A stretch of 63,999 nucleotides of DNA, the filler included, from Basidiobolus ranarum (lineage: Eukaryota): assembly GCA_040143965.1 (NCBI GenBank). It is 22 parts of 22 records of this genome, joined end to end, with 100 filler letters (N's around TTAATTAATTAA, not from the genome) between each part and the next. Parts side by side here need not be neighbours in the genome. Positions count along the whole stretch, not along the records: positions 23,419 to 26,241 come from JASJQH010009823.1; positions 26,342 to 29,163 come from JASJQH010009824.1; positions 29,264 to 32,084 come from JASJQH010009825.1; positions 32,185 to 35,005 come from JASJQH010009826.1; positions 35,106 to 37,925 come from JASJQH010009827.1; 17 more parts are not named here. One strand, given 5' to 3'. Positions 24,285-38,025 of the stretch are shown piece by piece. Under the pieces are notes generated by a model. The model had not been told where the DNA came from and did not search any database. It was given only the letters and a program-made list of their open reading frames with translations. A program made the translations under genes and the position numbers. Within the stretch, counting starts at the first letter, position 1; the number at the start of each line of letters is the position of its first letter.

Positions 24285-25276
24285 ATGTTGAAAGGACGTG
24301 CCAATAAACTTAATATTCGTATATCTCCCTTTGTGTTGGATCTTTACAAGTAAGTTTCATTTCCTCTCCATATCTCTTCGTCTATACTTTTACATTATCC
24401 ACTGTTGGCTTCAGTTCAAGAGTTTCCTTACTAAATTTCTCCGACTTTTAGAATGCTTTCCGAAGAAAACTCTTCTGACACGATAGCCTGGGAGTTGTCA
24501 GGCAACAGATTTATCATTAAAGATCCTATCACTTTTGCCTCCAAAGTACTTCCTCAATACTACAAAACCAACAAATTTGCTTCATTCTCTCGGCAACTAA
24601 ACGTAAGTCATAGTGCTAATAGTTATTGCTAAGACAATGGTATTAATGACTCCAACAGATATATGGTTTTCACCGCGTTTCTGACCGACGAAGGACCAAG
24701 CAAAATCAGGATACATCAGCAATTATCTATTCACACCAACACTTCAAGCGAGACCAGCCAGACTCTCTTCATCTCATCCAACGTACATCGGGACCTTATA
24801 GCCACGGGAGAGTCAAATATTCCATTCCAGAACCGGTCACAATTAGCAAGTCGCCGCTGCTTCCTTCACTACCATCGCCACTCTCACCAGTATTTCCCTC
24901 ATTTTCAGCCAATAATACACAACCAATATCTGAAGGTAGATGTGGTTTGACGAGTTCACCAGAGACAGTGCTGAGCTGTTCAAATTGTAAGACACTTGAA
25001 CAGGACATAGAAACTTTGAGCAAGACGATTCAGTATTACATCTCTATGTTAAACGAGCGTGAAAATGCATCAGTGATACACACACCTATTTCTGCCATTT
25101 ACGAACAGATGTTTCCTATAGAGCTTCCAGTATCTTTCAGTCCACCGTCTATCAATCTATCCTATTCAGCGGAGGACGCTTTGCCAAGACCATGTCCTGA
25201 ATCTGGTGTTGACTTTTTTCCTTTTAATTACCTGCAATCTTCACTGATACTTTCGAATGTGGATCATTTGCAATAA
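24285..25276 (+). CDS. HSF-type DNA-binding domain transcription factor (exons 24285-24349, 24452-24602, 24659-25276)
   Basis: Spliced product PFVLDLYKML...IAWELSGNRFII...VLPQYYKTNKFASFSRQLNIYGFHRV...HQHFKRDQP; canonical GTAAGT..AG introns. Confidence 0.92.
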
Positions 25277-26341
25277 TAGACGTACGCGTTTCATGTGTTT
25301 TTTTCGTTCAACCTTGAATATTCATCTTATTTGTTATATACTCAGCTTAATACCAGTAGCAATAATCATGAATATGTACCATATTTTATCCAAACTTATA
25401 ACCTTCGGTTACATTATTAATGTCTGACTACGACTGTATCTGCGATGCTTGTGATTCTACCTATTACTAGGTTTTTCATCTCAAATAAATGAAAGACTAA
25501 ATGGAGTAAAATCCAGTATGTTGAACCCTGAGACGCCACTGATTGGATGTGTGCGCGTGAATCAAAATCGAATTTCGCGTTATCTCCTCCCCATTGCTTT
25601 GAGGCTAGTTACGCTGTGCTAGCGATGGTATCGCATTGAAAATCGGAAAAAGAGGCTCTGTTCCTCAGAGTCTGGTGAAACCATTCTATAATGGAAGAGG
25701 AATATAGATATACTATGCGATGAAATGAAATGAATACTCATCATTACCGAGCCCTCTCTCAGGAATGTTCGTAGAAGATCAGTCGCTAGTAATAGATTGA
25801 ACCAGAAAGCAATCAAGGTACAGAAGGTCGATAAACAAGGTTAGGCTTATTCTCTCTACTATCTCACATGTTACTCTACGGTGGATCCCGTTGAGGAGAT
25901 ACTCTAGAAAGAATGCTGTGTTTTGAGCAATTCACAGCCAGCGGTTTCTGGATTTTGCTTGGTTGGCTAGCGGCATTTTGACGTGGATATTTGTACCCAA
26001 TTCACGTACAAACGGATATGTGCGAGTCTTACCCACCATAGGCGATAGAGGAGCGGTGGTGATTGGTAGATATGATGCTAAAGGTGGCATTGCTATTACA
26101 TATATTGGTGCTACTGCTATGACGAATAGAGGAAGTTCATCATGCTAGCCCTATGAGATCGATTGGTTCATGTGGGAATAGTTTCGTATCCCAAATTGAG
26201 AATTCGCTGTTTTCACCACGTATTATTCGCTTTTGGTAACANNNNNNNNNNNNNNNNNNNNNNNNNNNNNNNNNNNNNNNNNNNNTTAATTAATTAANNN
26301 NNNNNNNNNNNNNNNNNNNNNNNNNNNNNNNNNNNNNNNNN

Positions 26342-29163
26342 GTTGATCCATAGTTCTCTGAGATTGTAGCCAATCATTTGCAACTATTTTGCAAGATCTT
26401 GAAATTTCACTCCTGAAACTGAAAAAATTGATTAAAATCAAATCTAACTTGACAATTCTATGATGGTAAGTAAACGGTCAACCCCAAATGGATTAAAATT
26501 GTGATGGTTTTCCTACAATAAGAATCCTCAAATTTCTATTAGGGTCCCTATCCAGTATATTATGTTTCACCTTGCAATATCTATGTAAGCCCCATGTATT
26601 CCTTGATCAGACCTCAGTCTGATCAGTGCCAGTTATCAACAACAATTCTTGCCAAAGTATCTTCCTTGTCTTGTCTTGTGGTCTACACCTAAGTACTTTC
26701 CTGCCTTCTAGCCTCTTGTCATTGTTACCAGTCATTGCTTCAAGTCCTTTTCCAGTTCCTTACTGCAACATTTGCTTGCAAAAACTCAGGATCAGCCACA
26801 TGAAAGTAGTCAAGAACCTTCAGAGTAATGCCTGGTTTTTGGTATTTCCACAATTGGCTCAAATCCAGGAGATTTTAGACAAGATTCAGCACAGTTTCCA
26901 AAATGTTAAACCACTCATCATCAAAGCAAGTGATGGCAGCTCTGACATTCAAACTCTTTTGGTTTACTGGTTTTTCTATGAGATTTCTATTTTCATGTGC
27001 TCAAGCAATTTTGGGTCATTGTGTAGGCACAATGGTCCAACACATATTCTGCTCTGCTATATTGTAATGGTGATGTTCATATGTATGGTGCAGGATCAAT
27101 TGAAATCCCATATGAGAATGGATGGAGGCAGCAGCATGTTGCTATAGCTCAAGTACAGGATTCTGGAAGGCTTGTATTATTATTAAGTGACTCTTTAACT
27201 GTTGACTTGTTGCTTCGAAATGATGCATTAACTTCAATATTGCGGCCTTATTGCTTGTCATGGCCTGTATAGCAACTTTGTGGTTTTTGTTTATGATTGC
27301 ATACAAATTATTACAGTGTTCTGCCTGCAATTTCCTTGTTGTAATAATTCTATCCAAATTTTTTACGGTGGGTTGTTCAATAGTAGGCAAAGTAGCCATT
27401 TTGTAAGTTGATGGTCTTGACAGTGTTTAAGTTGAACTTTGCTCAAGTATTGATTTACTAGTAATTGGGGGATCACAATCTCTTCACTTGCACTATTACT
27501 GGAAAGGAACACATCGAGTAACTTGATTGATGCTTCATCATTACTTGAGTTAGTTTCCAACATGTTAATGCCTTCCAAAGTCAATAGTGGATTGCTAGAC
27601 TGCTCTTCAATCAAGTCCTCTGTTCTTGCTGGTTTTTTTCCTTTTGTGCCAGCAGCCTTTGGCTTGGAAGCCAATTTTGATTTAGATTTTGTATGTTTTT
27701 TGAATGACATTGAAATTTTCAGATGGTAATCTTAGTGTAATGAAATTGCTTATAAAAAGCTTATAATATATCAAAATTGTCATCCATTACCAGAAATATC
27801 TTGTAGATCCTCTGATGACTCATCTGTGACACCATCACAGAATCCCTGATAATATTGATGGGTTACGCCTAAAATTGCTCCCTTACATAGGAGGTGTTCT
27901 TTTTTCTACAATATCCTTCCCATGTTGCAATACAAATGTTTGAAAAACCCTGCTATTATTGTCTCAAATTCTGGTGCTATGAAAGCTGGAGTCTTCATAG
28001 AAAAAAATAATCACAAGCACGGTCACTGTGCAAAGCCATCAGCTGCACAATGCCTAGTGTACAACAACAGTAATAAGTACACTAAATCAACTTGAGTTTT
28101 GCCCACAGAGTCCACTGACTGTAGTTTGCCCTAATATTTTGGTAACACTGCCAAAAGTCAAGATACTATTCTCATGATTCTGATCTTGGCGTGCTGATCC
28201 ACTGCAAATAGAACTCTTCTATTATTAGATTATGACATCATATCTGCTGTGCCATCCCTTCTTGGCAATCTGCTGTTAGTTCATCCAGATTCCCTTATAT
28301 GGAAGTCATGTTCTTTGTAACATTCCATGAAGCCTAACCAATCATGTCATCCCACACATAGTGTATTTTGGCCAAGACCTTCCATGGAAGGTCACCTGAT
28401 CATCCTGATATCATCCCTCTTTGTATTGGTCCTTGTAGTCCCTAACACCCCAACTCTCAAATTTGCCACAATATATTCCCTATTCAGTATATTATGTTTC
28501 ACCTTGCAATATCTATATAAGCCCCATGTATTTCTTGATCAGACCGCAGTCTGGTCAATGCCAGTTATCAATAAAGATTCTTGCCAAAGTATCTTCCTTG
28601 TCCAGTCTTGTCTTGTCTTGTCTAGTGGTCTACACCCAAGTACTCTCCTGCCTTCTAGCCTCTTGTCATTGTTTCCCATCCTTGTCCAGTTCCTTATTGT
28701 GACAGTTTGATCAGACTACTTATACTTGCCTGTAGACTTCTCTCCATCCCTGCTCTCCAACCTTGAAACCCCCCAAGGTTGGCTTCCCTCTTATTCCCTA
28801 TCTTTCCCAAGCTTCCCTGCTAAGGCAAAGGTACCTTCCACCTTTGGATAATTGCTCTAAGTGCATCCTTGTCAAGACACTACTGGTTGAGTTTACAGTT
28901 GTTTTTGATCAAAGAAGCTTTAGTACTTGATCAAGATCAAAGGATGTTGATACCAGCATATTCTTTTGTCAAGGCACCAATCATTTCTTCAACAGAAAGT
29001 TGGACATTGCATTGTGATTATCATTCCTAGAGAAACTTGTGGTTTTAAAACTTCCCCCTCCCAACACAGTAAGTATTATGTCTACACCAGCCCCCACAAT
29101 GGAAGATATTATGCAAGCTCTTACTCAGCTCCAGCAAGAAAATCAAGAACTTTGTACTTCTCT
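26342..29163. mobile_element. Mosaic of TE relics: CACTA-like fragments, gypsy-like LTR (~28170-28703) and gag start (~29078)
   Basis: Repeats shared with 20495-21220, 34846-35005 and 52315-52509; MSTPAPTMEDIMQALTQLQQENQEL gag-like start. Confidence 0.65.
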
Positions 29164-29263
29164 NNNNNNNNNNNNNNNNNNNNNNNNNNNNNNNNNNNNN
29201 NNNNNNNTTAATTAATTAANNNNNNNNNNNNNNNNNNNNNNNNNNNNNNNNNNNNNNNNNNNN

Positions 29264-32084
29264 AGCTCAAAACCAAGCGCAGATGTTCTCAGGATCTTTA
29301 GTTGCACAGCATATTGCCTACTTCCCGCTCAAAAATGCTGAATATTAAAGTCAAAAGCAGAAAATGCATATTTGTTGGTAACTGTGATGGAGTTAAGGCC
29401 TACACACTGTTTGATACTAAAATTAGCAATTAACTAAGTGCGGAGATGTGCTTTTTGATGCAAAAGCATATTGCTCATCTCAAATCACAGTTCTTGACCC
29501 AGAAAACAAAAGCAAGACTATTCAGGAAGTATCTGAAATTATCAAGCTCTATCTGAGCCCTATGCAACATAAAAATTTGCCCTTATTACACTCAAGGATG
29601 ATTTAAGACTTAGAAGATTATCAACAAGGAAGAATAAGCCAGGATCTAGTGGAACAATTCCAATGATCATTTCTATGCTTATGCAGTGTATTGTGACAAG
29701 CCACAGACTCTAGAACAAGCTCTGAAGTGTGGAGAATCCAAATTAGGTGAAAGTACAATGTCTGATGAGTTTTACTCACTTCAGGACAATAAAATGATGG
29801 TTATAATTCCTCCACCATTGGGGAGAGAGAGAACAGGCTGCAAATTGGTCTAAAAAGTAAGAAACCATGCTGATGGAACCATAGAAAGATACAAAGCAAG
29901 CTTAGTTGCAGGAGGTTATTCCCACACTCTAGGAGTTGATTTTGATGAAACCTTTGCTCAAGTAGCTAAGTTTAAATCCATGAGATCACTCTTAGTACCC
30001 TCAGCCATCAATAACCTTGATTTATGTAAATGGATGTAAAAACAGTCTGTGTGAATGGAAATCTGAAAGAAGAGTTCTATATGGAGTAACCATATGGAGT
30101 TGTTGACCTAAAGCACTCTAAGATGGTCTGTAAACTGCAAAAATTTCTAAATGGATGCAAGCAAGCACCCAGGGCATGGTGCATAAGATAGATATCTATT
30201 TGAATTCACTGCAAATACAAAAATCCACAGTAGGTCACAGTATTTACATAAAAACAACCGGAAATAGTAACCTTATTTTTCACTAAATGTGGATGACTTG
30301 CGCATAGCCACAAATGAACTAGTAGCACTTAATCAAGCAAAAAGCAGCTTATTAAACCAATATCAGTTGACAGATATGGGTGGATTAAGTTGTTTCCTTG
30401 GAATCCAAATTAGGAGAGATAAACCAAATCAGAAAAGTGTGCTGAATCAATCTAGATACATTCTAGACATCCAAGAATGCTTCCACATGGGGAATAGCAA
30501 GCCTGTACCAAAACCAATGGATCCCAATGTGAAATCAATTAAAATTCTTCTATTTAGCCCATACTGACTCAAAGCATTCTCTAATAGGTTTCACAGGTGT
30601 AGTCCCAAGAGATTCAGGCTTCTTCTTAATATTTTTTGTTGACAGCACACAGCTTCCCTCAGCCATTGGCTGTAGGTTCAAAGTGTTATAAAAACAAGTC
30701 TCCATATTTGAGGTACTGAAACTGACTCTGTCTTTTGCTGCTTTTCTCTCCTGAGTTAGCTTCTTCTTTACTGTGGTTTGGCCAGGTACTTAATTCAAAG
30801 GGTAGTGTGTTGTGCTGCCAGATGACTCCTCGAATATCTGGGTGAAGGCCATGGACTAAGTACAGAGGGGATTTCAGAGTTTTACTATATAATCATTTAT
30901 TTCAGGCAAATGATGTTTGGCCAATGGACTCATCCAACATGTTTGTACTTTTAGTAAAAGTGTTTAGAGGAATTGGATGTATTTTGGATGAGATTTGGAT
31001 TTGTGAATTAGACACTTAAGTTCTGTTGAATTGAATATGTCCTATTTATACTTTGCTATGAAATAGGACTATTGGCCATGCTTAGTTTATAACTAACATG
31101 CCTGTTAAGCATGGGTTAAAGTTTGAGGTGATTTGGAGAAGTTTTGAAAATAGTGAAGATTGGTAAAGTGATCTCATTGATATTTCTTTCAATTAGGGCA
31201 ATAAACACATGCTTTTGAATGGCAGAATTGAGTGTTTGTTCACTAGAGTGTGAATGAACTAACTACTAAACAACCAGTTGCTATATATCTATTTTCTACA
31301 TTCCTACTCACCTAATTATTTGGTATTTCTTGTAAACCTAACTTATGTCTTAATAATTCATATTGTACTTTAGCTCAAGAGTTGGTTAAGATGGTAGCAA
31401 TTATTTCTTCAATAGGGTAATAGACAAGTTCAACTATATCAATATCTATTGCTTCTTTAACAAAATGATGCCTAATATCTATATGTTTTGTTCTAGCATG
31501 AAATGTAGGGTAGTTAGCTATTTATATACAACTTTGATTATGTTCAAATACAGTAAAAACACCTTTTTGCATATATCCTAAGTCTGTAAATTACTTTCTT
31601 AACCACAAAGCTTCTTGTGTAGTAGCAGAGGCAGTCATACATTCTGCTACTGTAGTGGAAAGTGCTTTGGTGGGTTGCTTCTTACTATTCCAAGTTATGG
31701 CTCCATTACCATAGAAAAGTGTACACAGTGGTTGATCTTCCATCAGCAAAATGCTTTTTGTCTGATTGAGTGCTTCTAGAGTATTTGTGGCTATGATTAA
31801 GTCATCCACATATTGTTCCATGATAAGGATCCTAATTCCAGTTGTCTTGATGTAAATTCTGCAATCTGCTGGGCATTTTTGGAATTCTAGTAATTCCAAA
31901 TGGATATCAATCTTGTTGTTCCATGCCCTGGGTGCTTGCTTAAGTCCATATAGCAATTTTTGCAGTATACAGTGTTGAAATTAGGTAAATAGTAACTCAT
32001 TATTGAGTAGTTAGCTTAGTCATATTCTGAGTATTTAGTACTCAATTCTGTCATTCAAAAACGTGTGTTTATTGCTCTAATTGA
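29264..32084. mobile_element. Ty1/copia RT relics (+ 29264-30550; - 31330-31970) with LTR pieces
   Basis: RYKASLVAGGY, LYGLKQAPRAW, YVDDLII, KKQPTKALSTT motifs. Confidence 0.85.
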
Positions 32085-32184
32085 NNNNNNNNNNNNNNNN
32101 NNNNNNNNNNNNNNNNNNNNNNNNNNNNTTAATTAATTAANNNNNNNNNNNNNNNNNNNNNNNNNNNNNNNNNNNNNNNNNNNN

Positions 32185-34390
32185 AATGTTAGAATTAGCG
32201 ATTTCATATTGGAAATATCAAACTCATTCAAATTTCCACAAAAATAGCTCATTTTACTTGCACAGATGTTCTGAACTCAACCCCAGTGTTAGTTTTCTGT
32301 ATTTCCACCAAAAAGTATTAATGCTTTATTTCTGGACAATAAATAGTTATCTCACAAAGCTATTTGCAACTCCACTTTTCTAAAGTTACTCCAAACAGCC
32401 CTTATTTTCTCACTATATCAAAGGCTTCTTCCTTACTTGCCAGAAAGTACATCCAAATAGACTTTGTATTTTCATCAATAAAAGTCATAAAACACCTTTT
32501 TCCACCTAAGGATTTTGTCTGCAATGTGCCACAGAGATCTGAGTGTATGAGGCCCAATTTTGATCAATGTTGCACCTTCCAGAGCTCACAAATGGTGGTC
32601 TATGTTTCCTACCATATAGGCAACCTTCATATAGCTCCAGATCACGTGGAATTACAAAATTTAGTCCCAAAGCCATCTGGTTTTTGATCAAATTTCTCAT
32701 ATTTTCATCTCTTAGATGACCCAATCTCCTATGCCTAGATTTTCAAGTTTATCTCTTCCACTGTGGCAGTATTAACTTGTTCATATCTTAGCCTAATATA
32801 ATGAAGTTTAAACAAGTTACTTTGCTTAGCTCCAGAAGCTACGTAATTCCCTTTTTGATCCCTGATTGTACAGTCATTTTGATCAAAATTAAAGCTATAT
32901 CCCTCAGATACAGCTTTACTCACTGATAACATATTTTTTGCTATCTCAGGCACATATAGCACATTTTTCAGTGTCAAATACATGTCCCCAGAGATGCCCC
33001 CAAGATTCACTTATATTTCTCCCACTCCCAGAGCTTCAAGTGGCCAGTCATCTCCCATATAAACCTTCTCATTCATGTCCGTTTTGAGTGTCATAAACCA
33101 GTTTTTTTGATTAGAGAAATGTTGAGAGGCTCCAGAATCTATATACCACACCCTACAGCCTTGTTCAGAGATCACTGATAGGGCAGAAATGAGTTAGACT
33201 TCCTCTTTGGTTGAAATCTGATTTGCTTGTTCTGACTTCTCATTTTTGTTGTAGTTTCTTGATTTGCAATCTTTTATCTGGTATCTTGGTTTGTTAAAGC
33301 CATAGCATAAACCAGGTTTCCTTATTTTGTAACCTTTGTACTTGCCAAAGCTACATTTTCCAGCTCCAAAAAGAGCCACTTCCTCAGAATCTTTTTCCAA
33401 ATTCTTACTTCTGGGGTGTTGTTCCATTAGCCTTGCTACCACAAACTCCAAAGACAACTTGTCAGATCTTGCTTCCAAAGCTGTGACCAAGTTGGAATAC
33501 TGTTCTGGTGGACTACTTACAAGAGTCATAATGACATATTTTTCCTGTAAAGTTGCACCAATATTTTCCAGTTGTTTTGCCAAAGACCTCACATTTGAAA
33601 TATGAGTAAACATGCTTTCCTACTTTTACATCTTTATATTGAAGAATTTTCATCTGAGAAAGAGGCTATTAGCAAGACTCTTTGCTTCATAACATTCATC
33701 CAATATGGTCCAAGCTTGATAGGAAGTCTTTGCATATTGATCATTCACAAGTTCTGAATCCTTCAAACTGTGACAAATGATATTAAAGGCCTTCTTGTCT
33801 CTATTCTTGTAAGTTACAATAACAAAGGGTCAAAAAGTTCCTTTTCATCTCCAGAGACTACATCCCAAAGCTCCCTCTCTTCCAGCATGATTTGCATCTT
33901 CAACTTCCAGAAATTGTAATTTTTCCATCAAGCTTTTCAACATTTGATTTAATAAAAGTAGTAGTAGTGGTTTCTGTCATGCTGTAAAGGTTAGAACATG
34001 GGGCTCATGACCTATTGGAAAAATATGGGCTTTTTGGAGGAACTTTAGAAAAGTGGTGTTGTAAAAAGCTTTTGAGATAATTATTCATGGTCCAGAAATA
34101 AAGCATATATACATTTTGGTGGAAATACAGAAAGCTATACAGCGGTTGTGTTCAGAACATCTGTGAGGGTAAAATAAGCAATCTATTGGGCAATTTGGGC
34201 ATGTATGAATTTTCCAATATGGAATTGCTAATTATAGGATTATTCACATATACATATATAATATATGTTCTGGTTTGCAGTTAAGTGATACTTGACCTAG
34301 TAATGCTAACTAACTTACATGTGATATATGAAATAGTCAGGTGTATGAAGGTCAAAATAACAAATACAATGAAGACAATAAAATTCAACA
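32185..34390 (-). mobile_element. 5' half of Ty1/copia element: LTR 34013-34390, PBS 34001-34012, gag, protease and integrase relic
   Basis: PBS GGTCATGAGCCC; WYIDSGAS protease, LKNVLYVPEIAKNMLSVS, CEGCLYG-like zinc finger. Confidence 0.88.
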
Positions 34391-34845
34391 TACTTATCAG
34401 GCAGAAATCTTTGCAATTTCCACTTGAATATATACAAATCCAACACTTCCAGTCTTGTTATGTGAATCATTGCCTAGATGAGGTGATATTGATGGGAGTC
34501 CTGGTAGAATATGATGGCATCTTGACATTTTCAAGCATTTTCCCAATCAATTCAAGCTTTGATCCTATATTGAATGGCTCATTCATATTGTATTTTCCAC
34601 TATATAGCTGAGTAAGTGGCATTGGAATTTTGTTGAATACTAATTGAATAGTGCCTAATAGGAAGCTCTGGCTCCAGCTGATCCCCTTTAGCAATACAAT
34701 CTTAGGCTTACAGCTAATACCAAGTATGATGTTAGACTGACTGCTTTGTGAATTGATATCAGTGATCATATTGAAATCTGACCATGCTCTTGATGGCAAA
34801 GTTATGAAGTTTAGTGTTGTATTTGGATAGTAGTAATGCATATGC
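34391..34845 (-). mobile_element. CACTA-like transposase fragment
   Basis: Homologous to 8845-9250 (KGISWSQSF...LYSGK). Confidence 0.7.
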
Positions 34846-35105
34846 TGTCATGATTATGATCTCAGCATACTGATCCACTGCAAATAGAGCTCTTCTATTA
34901 TTAGATTATGACATCATATCTGCTGTGCCATCCCTTCTTGGCAATCTTGTGCTAGTTCTTGCAGATTACCTTTTATGGAAGTCTTTTTCTTTGGAAAAAT
35001 CCATGNNNNNNNNNNNNNNNNNNNNNNNNNNNNNNNNNNNNNNNNNNNNTTAATTAATTAANNNNNNNNNNNNNNNNNNNNNNNNNNNNNNNNNNNNNNN
35101 NNNNN

Positions 35106-35400
35106 ACTTTATCTTAGACAAAACTTTTTTAAAAATTATTTTTCCAAACCCAAACTTCATCTTGGATTAAACTTTTCTAAATATCTTTTCGTAACCCAAA
35201 CTTCATCTTGGATTAAACTTTTCTAAATATCTTTTCGTAACCCAAACTTTGTTTTGGATTTAAAAACTCTCGACCAACAACTATTCCCGTAACTTAAACT
35301 TGTATTTAAGATAAACTTTAGACAAAACTATTCCCGTAACCCAAACTTCATCTAAGATTTAAAAACTCTCGACCAAAACTATTCCCGTAACCCAAATCTT
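35106..35400. repeat. Imperfect ~46-bp tandem repeat (cgtaacccaaacttcatct...)
   Basis: At least five recurring aacccaaac/aacttaaac cores; near-exact duplicate starting at 35148 and 35194. Confidence 0.75.
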
Positions 35401-35544
35401 TACGTCCCGAAAAACTTTTTTAAAAAATATATTTTACAAAGTCTAACGAATTTATATTTACAAATTACGTATATTTACACTGGTATTAATATGCCGAATT
35501 TTGCAGGGAACGCCCTCCCGAAATAATTTCTGCGATGTTACTTA

Positions 35545-35932
35545 TTATCTTTTATTATCGCCATAATAATAGTTTTTGATTGCATTCCACGAATACGGTA
35601 TTATATTATCTTTTATCAACGATATTACCCCATCCGATGTATGATATATTTCCCCAAGCTCCGTCACAACTTTATCCAAATGGTCCATTGTCGTTGCCCC
35701 AGAATTTAATCTTTCCTCATCCGAAAAAATATTCTTACCCAATGTCGATTCGTCACTTGAATAAAAAGTTTCATCTAAGGTTGGTCCATGGGTCGAGAAA
35801 CTATTTTCTCCCAGATTTAACTCGTCACCCCCAGAAAAACTTTTCTCTAAGATCGGATCCCGGCTTGAAGAAATATTTTTTTCCAAAGTTAACTCGTCAT
35901 TCGCAGAATAACTTTTATCTAAGATCGGATCC
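35545..35932 (-). CDS. Hypothetical acidic protein with 12-13-aa internal repeats, 5' end cut by an LTR
   Basis: DPILDKSYSAND-ELTLEKNISSSR-DPILEKSFSGGD-ELNLGENSFSTH...; frame open up to the LTR junction. Confidence 0.4.
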
Positions 35933-36595
35933 TGAGGAATTGGTGGTATTCAATTATTGATTTATTGAGTAGAAAGTTGACAAATATAGTTTTGTAAAGA
36001 TGTAAATAAACCAACTTGTATAATGTCTTAAGCAAGGTCCCAGGAACATGTGTGCAAAGTTTGGGGCTTCTAGCACAAGTTTGAAAGATCTATATATCTG
36101 AGAACTTTTAAGTTGGTAATAATATTCTAAGTAAATTCTGATTGAGAGTAATGGATAATATCTTAGTGAATTATAAGATAACTAAGTACTAAGTTATATA
36201 TGACTATATAGGTGCTTAGGCAATGCTAATTTCAACAATATCCCTCAACTAAATAGTTATACAAGCAAATCCTAATAAAGGTCTAAATTTGTCAAATTTC
36301 TGTCTAGCTAATGGTTTGGTTAATATATCAGCAATCATATCTTCTGTAGAACAATAAGTTAAGTCAATAAACTTATTCTCTATAGTCTCTCTAATGAAGT
36401 GATGCTTAATATCCATATGTTTGCTTCTATTATGAAATGTGGGATTTTTAGCTAATCTGATACAACTTTTATTATCTTGAAATATTGTAGCAGGTGAATT
36501 TTGGGAATAACCCAAATCTGCAAACAGTTTTCATAACCATATGGCTTCTTTTGTTACTTCACAGGCAGCTATGTATTTAGCTTCTGTTGTTGAAA
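35933..36595 (-). mobile_element. Copia 3' end: RNase H (36249-36595), PPT and LTR (35933-36236)
   Basis: DNKSCIRLAKNPTFHNRSKHMDIKHHFIRE, MIADILTKPL. Confidence 0.88.
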
Positions 36596-37925
36596 AAGAT
36601 GCTAGCTATGCCTTAGTGTTTGTTGATGATGTTATCATTTTCTCAACTGATAGAGCTGATCATGCAACCCATGTTACTGATATTATCAACCGTCTTACTT
36701 ATGCTGGACTTATCCTGAATGCTGAAAAATGCAGCTTTGCTCACCTTAAAATCAACCTACTTGGTTTTATTGTTACTCCTACAGGCCACCAATTAGATCC
36801 TTTCAAGTTAGTCAACATTAAGGATTGGCCTAAGCCTACTACCGCTAAACAACATCAACACTACCTTGGAGTCTTCAACTATTTCAGGGAACATATTCCA
36901 CTTTTCTCAACTCTAAGTGTTCCACTTGATTCCTTATAACATAACCAAAATCTACACTCAGTTTGGACCAAAGCACATGATCAAACCTTTGATTCACTGT
37001 GCACAATGCTTCCCCAAGCTCCCACTCTATCATATCCTGCCTTTTTCAAGCCTTTTTTGTTGCTACTGATGCATCTCATGTTGGATTAGGGACAGTTCTT
37101 TGCCAGGATGAAGACCAAAATCTACCTCATCTGGACCATTCATGACCAGTGATGATGGAGATCACTACCTCTTTGTGATAGTAGATGTTTGTACATGCTT
37201 TGTTTTTCTCTAAGCTCTACCAGACAAATTTGCTACTAACATTGGCCAAGCATTATTCAAGCTATTCTTCCTCTTTGGATTTCCTGAAATCATTCAATCT
37301 GATAATGGAACTGAGTTTGTTAACCAAGTCATCAAAGAACTCTGCTGTAACTCTGCCATTGTTCACAGACTAATCACTCCCTATCATCCTAAAGCTAATG
37401 GACTTGCAGAAAGACATTTTCAAACCTCTGTGAATATAATCCAAAAATCCATCAAAGGAGTCAAGAACAATTGGGACAAGTCAATCCCAATGATTCAATA
37501 TGCTATCAACACCAAGATTGCTGCACTCCATGGATACACTCCATTCTCACTTATGTTTGGAAGAATGTTCAACCAACTATGGAACTATCAAGATGTTCTA
37601 CTCAAACCAATCAACACTGAAGACTTAGACAAATGCCTTCAATTTCTAACAGATATAGTCTACCCTGGAATCTACTCAAGAAGCAAAAATAGTCAACAGA
37701 AGATGATATACAAGCACACTTCTAGGCACAAGACCACTAGTTTTCCTGAAGGTTCTTTTGTCAAGACTTTAGATCCCATTCGCTAATCCAAACTTGATCC
37801 CAAGTATGAAGTTCCATTCAAGATTATCAGAAGAACCACTGGAGGATCTTATGTACTTCAAGACAACACTGGAGCCTTACTACCCAAGAACTTTCCACCA
37901 TCTTCCCTTAAGCTTATTTCACAAG
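36596..37925 (+). mobile_element. Ty3/gypsy pol relic (RT, RNase H, integrase)
   Basis: FVDDVIIFS, LNAEKCSF, ATDASHVGLG, QSDNGTEF, YHPKANGLAER. Confidence 0.88.
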
Positions 37926-38025
37926 NNNNNNNNNNNNNNNNNNNNNNNNNNNNNNNNNNNNNNNNNNNNTTAATTAATTAANNNNNNNNNNNNNNNNNNN
38001 NNNNNNNNNNNNNNNNNNNNNNNNN

